Positions 49,057-62,715 of a stretch of DNA of 64,000 nt are shown here, in pieces (the stretch's first letter is position 1; each line of letters begins with the position of its first letter). The position numbers were made by a program, and so were the translations under genes. The notes beneath the pieces were generated by a model. The model did not search any database. It saw only the letters and a program-made list of their open reading frames with translations, and was not told the DNA's origin. This DNA is from Octopus bimaculoides (Eukaryota), in the NCBI RefSeq assembly GCF_001194135.2, contig NC_068997.1:8659740-8723739 (forward strand), read 5' to 3'.

Positions 49057-49732
49057 TCTTTTCTTTTAATCTTTAGTTCTTAGAAGTCTCTTCTAGCATT
49101 ACTCATTAGATCATCAAGAGGTTAAACCCCCCCCCCCCCTTCAAGAATTTGAACCTGAAGTGGTGATAGGGCTAGTCGGGAGTAGTGCAATTCTGCCTTC
49201 CAGTATTTTTCAAGAGCCATTGTTCAGCCCTTTAGTGCCTGCTTCTATGAATGTAGAAGCAAATCTTTCGGTGCAGTGGGAACATTCCCTAACAAGCTGG
49301 CATTATATTACCAGCACTTGTGTCTTATATTTATATTGCCAGAGCTTGTGTCTATTCTGTACTGATACCAAGTGTCCTGCAATCTTTGATATCATTGAAT
49401 TGTTGTCTTTCATTAGTCATTGTTGCTACACTCACCTTTCTGCTGCCTAAGGTCTGGTCCTTAACCCATTCTATTGGGTGTCTTCACATGGAACCAGTCG
49501 AGCTCAAAACTTGTTCCTGCTTGAAGTCAGAAAACACTTCATGTTTTTTGTAATATTGGTTTCAAATTTTGGCACAAGGCCAGCAGTTTCAGGTGAGGTG
49601 GGTAAGTTGATTACATCAATACCAGTTGAGAACTGGTATTGATGTAATCGACCATGAAAAGGTGAAAGGCTAAGTTGACCCTGGTAGCGTTTGAACTCAG
49701 AATGTGAAGTTTCATAATATGCTGCTTCATCA

Positions 49733-50071
49733 TCATCGTCATTTAATGTCTGGTTCCATGTTGGCATGGGTTGGACAGTTCAACAGGTTCTAGCTAGCCT
49801 GAGGGCTGCATTGGTCTCTAGTATCCATTTTATCAAGGTTTCTATGGGTGGATACCCTTTCTGATGCCAGTGCCTGCAGCAAAGTGAAGCAAGCTCTTTG
49901 AAATTGTTGAATGAATAACATAGAAATATTGGCGTTAGGAAGGGCATCCAACCATAGAAACCATGCCAGATCAGATTGGAACCTGGTGCAGCTCTCCCCG
50001 GCTTACCAGTTCTGTCAAACCATTCAACCCATGCCAGCATGGAAAACAGATGTTAAATGATGATGATGATG
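49733..50071. mobile_element. Two family D fragments in head-to-head orientation
   Basis: (CAT)n end at about 49728-49742 (minus copy) and (GAT)n end at 50057-50072 (plus copy). Confidence 0.7.
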
Positions 50072-50385
50072 ATACATGCACATATACACAAAACACATGC
50101 ATACATATACACACTCATAGACACCCTCTCAAGCTCATGTTCTACTGCTCCCTCTCTCTCTCTCTCTCTTTCCCTCCCTCCCTTCCGCATAAGCATGTAT
50201 CCCTTGTCTCTCATATGCACACGTTCTTCCTACACGCACACTTTCACACTCATGCTCACTCCTTCTGCCACACATCATCCCACTATTCACATATGCACCC
50301 TCTGCCTCTAACACATTCTTGCACACTCCCTCTCTCTTCACCTCTTGCTCACTCACACTTTCACTTTCAAACACACTTCCACTCT

Positions 50386-50416
<31 letters not shown>

Positions 50417-50420
50417 CCCC

Positions 50421-50460
<40 letters not shown>

Positions 50461-52215
50461 GAGAAAAGCTCAACACTAGTAGATTACACCAGCTAGATAA
50501 CTAGGCTTGATCACTTCACTGATCAATAATTACAATTACATATGTTTTAACAGCTGTTAGCTTCATTATGTTGTCAAAAGTTGGATTGGATTTAATTTAT
50601 TATTTTATTCTAAAATGGAATAAAAATGCACATGAACACACACACNNNNNNNNNNNNNNNNNNNNNNNNNNNNNNNNNNNNNNNNNNNNNNNNNNNNNNN
50701 NNNNNNNNNNNNNNNNNNNNNNNNNNNNNNNNNNNNNNNNNNNNNNNNNNNNNNNNNNNNNNNNNNNNNNNNNNNNNNNNNNNNNNNNNNNNNNNNNNNN
50801 NGGAAATGTAAATAAGTTTGTGTGTGGGTGGGGTGCCTAATGTCCTTCCCAATCTCTCTCCTTTTCTCTCCCTTTCCCTTTCCTCTTTTTCTCCCTTTCT
50901 CTCTCCATCTTCTTCCCTTCCTCTCCCTCTCTCCCTCTCAGTTCTATTCACATTTCATGCACACAAATTTACTCATATTTGCAAATCTTATTGGCTTTGG
51001 GTCTTTTTTATTTTTGTCTGTTTCTTTTGCCAACCAATGCAGACCGCCATTAGTTTGTTCCTTGAACACCAGGCTTTATCCTTTTCTACTTCTTAAGTTT
51101 TTTTTTTGTTTTTTTTTTTTGTCTTTTGTAAACTGTGACTTATACTTGTATATTTATAATAACGAGACACTGGACGTGCAGTTAAGACACTGGTCTACCA
51201 ACCACTAGGTCACAAGTTCAGATCTATTAACTGTGATTATGAAGTCCCCCTCCTCCTATCTCCACCCTTTTTTTAATTGGTTTGTTTCTATGCTTTATGG
51301 CTTTGGAACCTTGTCTTGAGATCTTGGTGAGATCGACAGGGGTCGATGTTCCTCTTGCATTGTTATAAATCGGTCTCTCTGATGGCTACAGCAAAAACTT
51401 AAGCAGGTTGATAATTTCAGTGGAATGGCATGTGAGTACAATCCAAGTGAGAGAAGCACAATAACTGATTAAGTCAAAAGTACACAAGTGGAGACAATAC
51501 AAGGTCAACCAGTTCCAGGGAGGGAGGCCATTGTAGTACAGGTAGAAAAGGTAAAAGTGAGGAGAGATAGAGAAGCATGTCTGTGAGTTGGAATGTGCTG
51601 ATAAGTGACTTCATACTTATCAGTCTGATGGTTTTGGGAGCAGGGCTACTCTATACTTGATGCCGTTCTATATTTTAGAGATGAGGAATTATGTACATTA
51701 TTTACATTGGATGGATAGAGGTTTTCACTTTGTTTGTTGTTACCACAATGTTTCAGCTGATGTTAATTACGATTTTATTTGACATGTTCTCCTCTTTTAT
51801 TCGCACAGTTATTGCAGTAGCCCTTTAGTTTTTCTAAGCCCTAAAAAAGAACTTCAAAGGTTGGGCTTTCAACCAGGCCGTTCGCGATACCCTTAAAGCC
51901 AGGAGCTTCAGCTATATGCAATATAAAACCAAAAGGAAAAATTCAATTGTCACTAGTTGTGATCGAGGATGCTGGGTAGCACCTACATTGCTAGAAATAA
52001 GAGCTAAAAAGCCCTTACAGCTACAGGAAGCACATTTCATATATAACTGCCCCACAATGAGTGAGATCATTATACTATAGTTTTCTCTGAAAATTACAAA
52101 CTCATCAGTAGTAACTACTCCATCGCTGGATGGTTTAGCTAAATCCCAACTATATATATGTTTACCATATGAATTTTACGGCTTATCATATATATATATA
52201 TATATATATATATAG

Positions 52216-52277
52216 AGTCCTCAGTCAAATCGTCCAACCCATGCTAGCATGGAAAGCGGACGTTAAACGATGATGAT
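52216..52277 (+). mobile_element. Family D, 62-bp 5'-truncated young insertion inside (TA)n
   Basis: Identical to 13153-13214; TA repeats on both sides. Confidence 0.9.
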
Positions 52278-54112
52278 ATATATAGTGATGGTTTGTTGCC
52301 TACTTAATGTGGCAGTCGCAGGAAAGGGTAGAATGCTACTGCTATTTAGCCCTAGGAAACATCGTTTCCAGTTGGCTATGTGACACAAGCGTTCTGTGTC
52401 CTTAAGTTTTCAAACAGGAGAGATAAGCACCTCCACCCAGCATCCAGAGACTAGTTTCAGAGTTATTGCTCTTAATTATATATATATATGTGTGAGTGTG
52501 TGTGTGTGTATTCAGATCATCTGTGAATGCTACTTGTGACTGACATTTATCAAATCCAAGGGGAAGTTTCTGTTTAATGTTAATAAATTGGAATTTAGCT
52601 CCATTCCTTTAAAAGCTCCTTGGAGCATAGGGGATTCCTTATTTTACCTCCAGGTCCAATGACCCAAATAACCAACCTGTTTTATGCTCAAACTGGCCAG
52701 ATCTGGCCTTTTACACCTATCCTCCAAGTGTCATTTTATAAATAAACAATCACGCCATCGAAATCTCAAAGCTATGAAATAATGCAAGATTAATTTAAAA
52801 TGATGTGAATACATAACCTTATGTATACAACTTATAGAGAGAGAGGGTGGGGTGCTGGGCTGACCCAGGTCAATGATGGGCCAGCCTTTAAAAGCCTGAT
52901 GTGTTAAAATTTTACTTTCTTCATAATTTTGTAATTGGGGTGTCACTTAACATGTAAACATGTATTTTGATTATAGATAATGATTATAGATAATGCTTAT
53001 AGATAAGCTAATTTGTAATAAGATAGGGAGATTCTTGACAAAGTCCATTGCATGTCTCAATTCATCATCTCTTGACCGAAACACACGTGAAGTAACCAAG
53101 TGACTGGGTGAAGTTTTCACTGTTATTCCAGCAACTTCAATATATTATGGAACTCTTGTACCACTATATCGGTGACATTTCTTCCTATTGTGCCTATAAT
53201 AAAGACACTTGACTTTCAATGGGGCAAGTTCACCAAAGTGATAGTAGAGTTAACCACAAAGCTATACACCCTACAGTTGTAAGTTGAGAGCACATTATAA
53301 AATTAGTACCATAAGTTTTACTAAAGGACTACGACCACTAGGATTACCACAAGCCAATGCGGGAGCCCTTGCTTGATCATTCAGCTTGCTAGAAATAGCA
53401 GCTAAAATTTGTTACAAAATGAAGCCTAATGCAAATTGAAATTTAAAAGAAGAGAGAGAGAGAATTGGGTAACTTAGTCAGGTAACTTAGACAGTGTTTG
53501 GCATAAGATGGAATGGTCATGGCTGGAATACCCTTAGTCATAGGTCTGTTCAATCAAAGACTAACTTGGGGCTAACAGTATCTACAATTACCACCACCAC
53601 CACCACTACTACTACTCCCACCATCATCACTACTGCTACTACTACTACTACTACTGCAGTTCTGCTAAGCAGGTGTTGCATTAATTTTAGATATCCATTC
53701 GTCAAAAGAAAATAGCTGTGCTGGAAATAAGAGGAATTTTCTTCCATTGTTTTGCAGTCTACTGAATAATAAGTAATGTATTATTTATTAGCTCCGATTC
53801 TTGATTATCATCGAGGCAGTGTTCTAGTTTACCAATGTCCTGATTACAACCTTTGAAATTGTTCCTCTATACCCCGACTACTATCTGCCAAACAGAGGTA
53901 GCAACTGTCTACTAGAAAGAGTAGCTAGGTCTCCCTCATCACAACTTACCAGTGGACATGGCCAGTTTAAATGCTAAAGAGTTAAATAAGAGAAAGGATC
54001 ATTAGCTGATGTTGTCCTAAATGCACCTTTAAAAAAAAGAGGGCATTTACATTTGATCATAAGTCTACTCAGGGTTGATCCAGGGTTAAATAACTGCGAC
54101 AGGTATGTTTAA

Positions 54113-54320
54113 CCTTTTAGTATTTAAACAGGCCCAAACATTGCACCTATTTTATATTAAAACAGGCCAGATCCTGTCTCTCACACCTACCCTATAATGT
54201 CATTCTATAAATAAACAATCATGTCGTTGAAATCTTGAAGCTATAAGATAATGCATAGTTAATCCAAAACAAGATGTATAAATAAAAATTACATTTGACA
54301 AAAATCTGAATGCAAAAGGG
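54113..54320. mobile_element. piggyBac-type MITE with TTAA TSD
   Basis: TTAA (54109-54112) CCTTTT ... AAAAGGG TTAA (54321-54324). Confidence 0.75.
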
Positions 54321-56150
54321 TTAAAAGTGACTGTCAAACCACAATTAAATCTTAATCTCAGTTGAAGCTGTCTCAATACTTTGTCAAACAATTCACTATC
54401 AAAATCTCACTCCCCACTTCACATCTTATAACTGTTTTAACCCTTTTGATACCAACTGGTTCTATGATGTAAACTTCTCCTTTTAAATGAGTTCATAAAA
54501 GCACTTGCTTTATAAAGGGACTTTGGAACACCAGTGTTTCAATTTTAAATGTCCTCTCAGTCAGTCACCTCAGATCAATGAACTTAACAAAAGTTTTTTT
54601 GGCTTTTGTTTATAGGAATCAGCAAACAAATTATCTAATGGTGAATGCTGATATCTGTTAACCAATCACATGATGATTTATCTCCACGTGAACAGTGAAC
54701 AGCGAGAATCAAATCATAGTTGTTACCTGGCCCTTTGCAGGTTGCTTCCACAGATTCTTTCAGGATTCTACCAAAGGTTTGGTCTGATACAAATAGGTTT
54801 TTGAGTATAAATAAGTTACAGTGGCACAAGTGCTAGCTCACAGCAGTTTCAGAGAGAGAGAGAGTTGTAGCAAGAGATGGATAAGAAATGAAATATTGAC
54901 ACCAATACTTGACCAATTGGTTTATCTGTTGTAAAAAACTGAAAGTAAAATTGACCTTGATGGGAATTGAACTCAGAGCACAGCAGTTCCTGATAAATAT
55001 TGCAAGGCATTCCATTCAAAGTTCCAGAAATTGCCAATTTACCACCTCAGAATTAGAACATTGCACAGAAATTTTGTCATGTTCCATTTTACCTAGGTTA
55101 ATTTGACTGTGTGGCTAAGGAATTTGCTTTGGAACTATGTGGTTAGGAGTTCAATTCCTTTGTGTGGACATTGTTGGCTGGTGTCTTCTATAAGCTGCAT
55201 GTTGACCTCTCAGAGAAATTGGTAGACAGAAAATTAAGACACCAAAGTGCATGTGTGTGTGTGTGATTTGCTGATCGTAAACAGATGCCCTACCATTCAT
55301 ACATTGTTGTTTCATTGCAGTCCACCACAAAAGCATGCCCAAACATCTTATGTTTTACTATGTCAAGAAGTAAGAAGCCTTGACATTTTTGTAAAGAAAC
55401 AATTTGTAAACAAAATGCGTACAATTTCCTAGAAATGGTGTGATTTGTTTCCAGTTTGTTCATTGTTTGATAAACTGGACAATTACTACCATGCTTGGAA
55501 ACTGGTGAGGATTAGCACCAGGAAGAGCATCCAGTCAAAATTACCCTGTCTCAGTGCTGACTCATCTGACCCATGCAAGCATGGAATAGTAGATGTTAAA
55601 ACGACAATGATGACAACGAAAACAACATATTGAGGACTTTCAACTGTGTCTTTGATTTCCTTTCATAAATTAGGCATAACATTCGCACACGTGTTGTGAC
55701 AAGCAGAATAAGATTATAGTTTATGGGTGCTGTTAGACAATTTTTGAGATGGGAAAGTGCAGTAAAGTCCTACTGCCACATGCGGCTCCATTCATCTATC
55801 TATCGCTCACTCAATCAATGTATTACCATTTTGCATTATGCAGCATCTACCAATTTCTGTCTCTTCAAATTAGATACAATAATTTTCTTCTTTTATTTAT
55901 TTATTTATTCCCCCTCCCTTCAGCCTTCCGCTTTAATTGTTCTATTTTATCTTCATCATGGGATAATTATTTTGCAGAGATAAAAATAAGTTCAGCTAAA
56001 AATACCAGAAAAATAGATTTTTAGCACCTAATTTGTGATGGAATGGCAAAAGCCTTCTCTTCTCTATGTTGCAGCTGCTCAATAAGCAAAAGACGTGGTC
56101 CGAGGATCTTCCTGGTTGTTATTATTATTATTATTATTTTATTATTATTA

Positions 56151-56184
<34 letters not shown>

Positions 56185-56449
56185 TCTGTCTTAAATAAGT
56201 GCTTGTCTTTTACTTTTTACTTTTTAGACTGTAGCCATAATGGGACACCAGTTTGAACAGTTTGGTTGAACAAATTAGCCCACCCACCCCAGTACTTACT
56301 TTTTTAAAGTTGACCTTGGTGGGATTTGAACTCGGAGCACAGCGGTCTCTGATAAATATTGCAAAGTGTTCTATTCAACGCTCTGACAACCACCAGTTCA
56401 TCACCTAAGTATTAGAACATTGAACCTGGGTCTCTAAGTATTAGAACCT

Positions 56450-56561
56450 GGGTCTCTTTTGCCGAGCTGCTGAGTTACAGGGACATAAACAAACAAACAC
56501 CAGTTGGGAAGTGGTGAGTAGGTGTGTGTGGGTGCGGGGCACACAAAGGCGCACACACACA

Positions 56562-56607
<46 letters not shown>

Positions 56608-56770
56608 AATACGATGGGTTTCCACACAGTTTCCATCTACCATATTCACTCACAAGGCATTGGTCTTCTTGCAGCCCCTTAGACAAGACACTTGCTCGAG
56701 GTTCCGCACAGTGGGGCTGAATGCTAAACCACATGGCTGCAAAGTAAGCTTCTTAACTCCTCAGCCTTGC
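56450..56770 (-). mobile_element. SINE family A
   Basis: Reverse complement of the A body with central (CA)n. Confidence 0.72.
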
Positions 56771-56789
56771 TGGAGCAAAATTGCAGTCG

Positions 56790-57043
56790 TGGCAAATAGG
56801 TACCCATGCTGGTGACATGTAAATGCACTTCAGGTGTCACACAAATGGCACCCGTGCCAGTGGCATGTAAAAGCACCTATTACACTCTCAGAGTGGTTGG
56901 CATTAGGAAGGGTATCCAGCCATAGAAAACCATGCCAAATCAGACTGGAGTCTGGTGCAGACTTCTAGTGTGCCAGCCCAGTCAAACCGTCCAACCCATG
57001 CCAGCATGGACAATGGACATTAAAGGATGGTGATTATGATAAT
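56790..57043 (+). mobile_element. Family D
   Basis: GTGGCATGTAAAAGCACC...TTAGGAAGGG...CCATGCCAGCATGG, decayed (GAT)n. Confidence 0.78.
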
Positions 57044-57448
57044 GAGGCATCTTGTGCATTAAAGGGAAATTGGATTCTTGAAAAAAAAGAAACAAAACTC
57101 CTTTAACGTTGAAAAGGTTTCTTCATATTGTGGTAAGAATTTCAGAAATGTAACAATTCTGAATTGCAGGTATGGATATCTGTAATCTCTGACATCAACC
57201 TGACGATGTATTGAATTTAGAATGCAGAGGGGAAACAGTGGAATTATATATGCCAGCCATTTATGTTCTGATATTCAGCTGCCATCTCTGGCGCCAATTT
57301 GTGATGATTTGACTTTTCTAATTAATCAAAAATCACAAAATGGATTCCGAAGAGGATGAGAGCTGAGAGAAAACAGAGGCAGTGAGAAAGAGAGTGGTTG
57401 ACTGGAAACCCTCTCATTCCACTCTGTAGCCACAGTACATGACTGGTA

Positions 57449-57554
57449 CATCATCATCATCATCATCATCATCGTTTAACGTCCGCTTTCCATGCTAGCA
57501 TGGGTTGGACGATTTGACTGAGGACTGGTGAAACCGGATGGCAACACCAGGCTC
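57449..57554 (-). mobile_element. Family D, young 5'-truncated copy
   Basis: Non-tail part identical to the matching part of 13073-13226. Confidence 0.9.
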
Positions 57555-57689
57555 ACAGTAATCATTAATCAATCAATCAATCATTCAGTGTCATAGGGAT
57601 CGATGGCAAATCCAAACTCAACAGGATTTGAACTTGGCTTTAAAAGAGAAGCACAAATTAATCCTTCAGCATTCGGATAATTTTTTTCT

Positions 57690-57864
57690 TTCACATTGTT
57701 TTTAATTAATCTTGCATTGTCACAGCTTCGTGATTTCATGGATGTGGTTCTTTATTAATTAGAATGACATTGTCGGTTAGATGTGAGAAACCAGATCTAG
57801 CTAGTTTGAACATAAAACGGGTAGAATATTTAGGCGTGATATGGCTGGTTTAAATGCTAAAGGG
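57690..57864. mobile_element. piggyBac-type MITE remnant
   Basis: Ends TTTAAATGCTAAAGGG; internal similarity to 11997-12208. Confidence 0.6.
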
Positions 57865-58135
57865 TGTCGTGTTGTGCTGCTAGAAATAGCAGTCAGTCCT
57901 CCACTGACTTTTGCCATTCATTCTTCTTATTGACTTTAAAAAAGAAACAAAATAAAAAAAAATAACACAGAAAAACAAAAGGAGAATATTAGATAATGTA
58001 GTCATAGTGACACTACATGGAAGAAAAAACGGATTAGTGAGATGGTCATGGTAAGAATGCCTTTGATTGATGTTAGGTTCTCTGGTTCAGGTTTGACCTG
58101 TGGCTAAACAGGAATTGCACTCCTACATAATATTT

Positions 58136-58185
<50 letters not shown>

Positions 58186-58319
58186 TACATACATACATAC
58201 ATAAATAAATGCATACACATATATTATCTCTTAAGCATTAGAAGGCATTTTGATTCAACTCTGCAGCTATAGTAACCTACCTTATTGCTTTCATTTTCAA
58301 ATCCAATTCACACAGGCAA

Positions 58320-58362
<43 letters not shown>

Positions 58363-58996
58363 TATATCTACTTAACCTCCACCACCTCCGCCCCCAACTC
58401 ACCGCCATCATCATTTGTCTTCTTTTTATGCCTTCCCTCCCCCCTGCCCCCCTCCTCTCCCTTTCTCCTTGTGACTCACTCTGTCACTGATGTTGGGTTT
58501 TAACAGCTAGATTTTTATAATACTACAATCAATAATACTGACCTCTGTATTACTGAGCTGCTTTTTATTGGTTTGGGTTTATGGTGTGTATGTGTATATG
58601 TGTGTGTGTGTGTATGCGCATGTGTGTGTGTGTGTGCATTTTTTTTTTGGTTTTATTCCTCCTCCTCCCCCATCTTCCTTTGTCTCTTCATTTGTCTTTC
58701 TCATACTCTTACAATTTATGTCTATGTGCATATGTGTGTGTGTATGTGTGATGTATGGATGTAAGAGAAAGGCACACAAAAAAAATCTTCATTCGAAATG
58801 TATGTGTGGTGCATAACATAAGATAAGCTTTTCCTTCATAACTTTCATATAATATTTCGAATTATATTCAAACAACAGATATTTCAGTGGAAAAACAGTC
58901 TTGGATTGTCGTCTGGCAATAGCCAGAACCAGACCTCTGAGAACTGGAATTATGAGCCTTTAACTTATGATGCATTCTTTTATTCTTTTGCTTTTT

Positions 58997-59174
58997 TTCA
59001 GTCAGTTGACCGTGGCCATGCTGGAGCACTGCTTTTTAGTCGAGTAAATCGACCCCCAGGACTTATTCTTTGTAAGCCTAGTTCTTATTCTATTGGTCTC
59101 CTTTGCTGACTTGCTAAGTTACAGGGACGTAAATACACCAACACCGGTTGTCAAATGATAGTGGACACACAGAG

Positions 59175-59211
<37 letters not shown>

Positions 59212-59403
59212 TATATGCATATATATATATGTATATACAACAGGCTTCTTTCAGTTTCCGTCTACCAAATCCACTCACAAGGCTTTGGTCGGCCCGAGGT
59301 TATAGTAGAAAACACGTGCTCAAGTTGCCACGCAGTGGGACTGAACCCGGAACCATGTGGTTGGGAAACAAGCTTCTTACCTCACAGCCATGCCTGCACC
59401 TAT
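58997..59403 (-). mobile_element. SINE family A, full length
   Basis: Complete reverse complement from GACTGAAAAAAA tail to ATAGGTGCAGGCATGGCTG head. Confidence 0.88.
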
Positions 59404-59451
59404 CAAAGAATATTTTCTACTCTTTTGCATTGAGTTCTGAAATTTGTCACT

Positions 59452-59655
59452 TCTTGGTGATTCATCATTATTTAAAGTCTGCTTTCTATGCTGGCATGAG
59501 TTGGGCAGTTTGACAAGAGCCGGCAAGCCAGAGGACTGCACCCTGCTCCGATTGTCTGTTCTGGTGTGGTTTCTACAGCTGGATGCCCTTCCTAATGCCA
59601 ACCACTTCTCGGAATATATTTGGTGCGTTTTATGTAGCACCAGCACAGTCACCAA
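59452..59655 (-). mobile_element. Family D
   Basis: TTCTACAGCTGGATGCCCTTCCTAATGCCAACCAC. Confidence 0.75.
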
Positions 59656-60013
59656 GTAACCTGCAAGACAAGTTACTTGCTGACCCCACTGGTGCTAATG
59701 TCACATAGAAAGCACTCATTACATGAGTAAAAGTATAAATGCATGTATTATTATAAATATGTGAATACACTTGTGTGTTTGGATGCATATCAGCAGCATC
59801 ATTTCATGTCCATCTATTTTGCAGGCATGGGTTGATTGGTTTGACAAGACCCATGGACCCAAGAACTGCATAGTGCTCTAGTATTTGTTTGGCATGGTTT
59901 CTACAGCTGGGTACCCTTACTATATGTAGCTGTCAAAGAATCCATGAGTCTGAAAATAACAGGTACTTTGTGTATTTGTCAATAGTGTGGACACCTTAAT
60001 ATTTATACAAGTC

Positions 60014-60231
60014 AGGGCAGCAAACTGACAGAAACGTTAGCACACCGGGCAAAATGCTTAGCAGTATTTTGTCTGTCTTTACGTTCTGAGTTCAAATTCC
60101 GCCAAGGTTTACTTTGCTTTTCATCCTTTCGGAGTTGATAAATAAAGTACCAGTTGTGTACTGGGGTTGATCTAATTGACTGGTCCCCCTCCCCCAAAAA
60201 TATTTCGGGCCTTGTGCCTAGAATAGAAAAG
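60014..60231 (+). mobile_element. SINE family B, full length, decayed TSD
   Basis: AATATTTATACAAGTC (59998-60013) versus AATATTTGTCCAAGCC (60232-60247), 13/16 identity. Confidence 0.88.
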
Positions 60232-62399
60232 AATATTTGTCCAAGCCAGTATTTATAGATTTATTTCAGATGATTTTATGAATCAGTTTGGCACTTAAAA
60301 GTTAGGGGGAACCTAATTCCAACACTCATCAGGAGGGCTCACAAGAAGTGTGTGTGTGTGTGTGTGTGTGTGTTACCTTTTACCTTCTTCAGTCATTGGA
60401 CTGTCACCATGCTGGAGCACCCCTTTGGAGGGTTTTAGTCTAATGAATCAACTCCGGTGCTTATTTTCATTTTTAGAGCCTGATAATTATTTCTTTTATC
60501 TCTTTTGCTGAAACACTAAGTTAGAGGGATGTCAACAAACCAATATCGGTTGTCAAATAGTCGTGGGGAACAAACACAAATACGTGTGCATGTGTGTTGT
60601 TTGTGCATGTATTCTTCCTATGAGCCTTTTCTGACAGGTGTCAGGACTGGGCTTTTCACTAACCCCCCCCCCCCCATGTGCGAAACCGATTGGTAAATCA
60701 ACTGAAATAGATATCTTATACTGTATTGTGTAAATTTTAATGTGTGTGTGTGTGTGTGAATTTGTGTAGCTATATACGAGTGTGTCTAAATAAGTAGGTA
60801 TATGGAGTGTGTATGGTTGCAAATACAAACATATGTCTGTGCTTTTGTGTGTGTGTATATATATATATATATATAATGTATGTATGTGTGTATGTATGCA
60901 TTTGTATTTATATAAACCTGTATGGCATATAAATATGTGCACATATGGATACATACGTTACCTGTACATTATGTAAATATATGTACATATATCTATATTC
61001 CTTTGTGTGTGTGTAAATATGCCTGTGGGTAATGGTAGGTGTGGGTGTGGGTGTGTGTGTGTGTGAGAGAGCTTTTTGTGAACAGTAGTAATGTTGCCAT
61101 CATCAACCTAAGTAAAATGTAATCAATGTAAACTGGCCAGAAGGAGGGAAAGTGAAATGGAAATAAGACTGATACACAAGACAATTCTTACTGTTCAATC
61201 TTTTGTCTGATATCCACTGATATATCTATTTCAATATGAATAAAAGGTGAGCTGGAATCTAAATTCTTGGGGGGGGGGGGTCCCCATTTTATTCCTTCAG
61301 ATCTTCATTACAACATAACCTTTTCGTTTTTTTGTTCTTCCCTTTCTTTCTATTTTTTTTTGTACTTTTCCTTGTTTATTTTTATTAATTTTTTTTTTTT
61401 TTTGTCTTTTCAAACCATTCCAGGATCTTTCATGTTAAAAGTTTCTTTTGTATTTGTTTATAATGTTAGCAGTAACTTTGTTGTGATGATGGTGGTGGTG
61501 GTGGTGGNNNNNNNNNNNNNNNNNNNNNNNNNNNNNNNNNNNNNNNNNNNNNNNNNNNNNNNNNNNNNNNNNNNNNNNNNNNNNNNNNNNNNNNNNNNNN
61601 NNNNNNNNNNNNNNNNNNNNNNNNNNNNNNNNNNNNNNNNNNNNNNNNNNNNNNNNNNNNNNNNNNNNNNNNNNNNNNNNNNNNNNNNNNNNNNNNNNNN
61701 NNNNNNNNNNNNNNNNNNNNNNNNNNNNNNNNNNNNNNNNNNNNNNNNNNNNNNNNNNNNNNNNNNNNNNNNNNNNNNNNNNNNNNNNNNNNNNNNNNNN
61801 NNNNNNNNNNNNNNNNNNNNNNNNNNNNNNNNNNNNNNNNNNNNNNNNNNNNNNNNNNNNNNNNNNNNNNNNNNNNNNNNNNNNNNNNNNNNNNNNNNNN
61901 NNNNNNNNNNNNNNNNNNNNNNNNNNNNNNNNNNNNTAAATGATTTTCATAATCATGATCATTATTATTTCAATTGATGTATTTGACTAATGTCCCGCCT
62001 CCTCAGTATGTCGAGCACACTTGTGCCTAAATTAGAATGAGTTATCACAATATTTTTGATGTCCCTTTTGTTTGTTCTGAGTTTCAAGTCCCATTGGTAT
62101 CCTATTTATTTTGCATTCCTCTAGGATCAAAAAGAATAAGTACCAATAGTGTATTACAGTTAATTCCATTGACCATACCCCATTGTTACGTTATTTGTAA
62201 CTTGTTTCAAAGTTAGAAATTATTATTATTACTATTATTATTATTGAGTGAGAGAGCAGTGCATGCCATCAAAGTGACACTGGGGTAGAATATATGAAGC
62301 CCAGTATACCCATCATGACTACCCGTCTGATAAAGGTACACCAGGCACATGCATCACAACCATATGTGCGTGAAATGGTGATCCACGCCGTATTGTTGT

Positions 62400-62715
62400 T
62401 GTTGTTGGTGGTGGTGGCGGCACTATTGTATGTTATTTTAGTTGGCAGGCATACTGTCTTGAGGTTTGGTGACAACAGGTCTCCTCAAAGCTCTAGAATC
62501 TGTCTTAAGAACCTTACAGAATAGAGGATTGCACTTTTAACAATGCAAATCTCAAATCCAATACCTTTCACTTTCTTACATAACATTTTGGGTGTTGTTC
62601 TAAGTGAGCCAGTTATTACAAGAATAATTGTCATCCTAATCTTGCACAATCTCTTCATCTCTCTGGCTAATTCCTGATATTTCTCTCTTCCCAACCCCTC
62701 AACTTCTTTGGTATA
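62400..62715 (-). mobile_element. R4/Dong-like LINE 3' end, second subfamily
   Basis: Minus translation REKYQELAREMKRLCKIRMTIILVITGSLRTTPK...KSAILYSVRFLRQILEL* resembles the REL-domain EK..KY..L....P...G.LG motif. Confidence 0.75.

Noticed and set aside
49200-49400. Minus-strand GHL...QLVRECSHC resembling a Gypsy integrase HHCC finger
   Set aside because: The spacing depends on a local ~27-nt duplication, the frame has a stop, and no DDE motif follows.
54935-56420. Similarity between ~54945-55065 and ~56305-56420 suggesting a tandem duplication
   Set aside because: Confined to an old SINE B-like fragment plus a few flanking bases; best explained as two copies of one subfamily.
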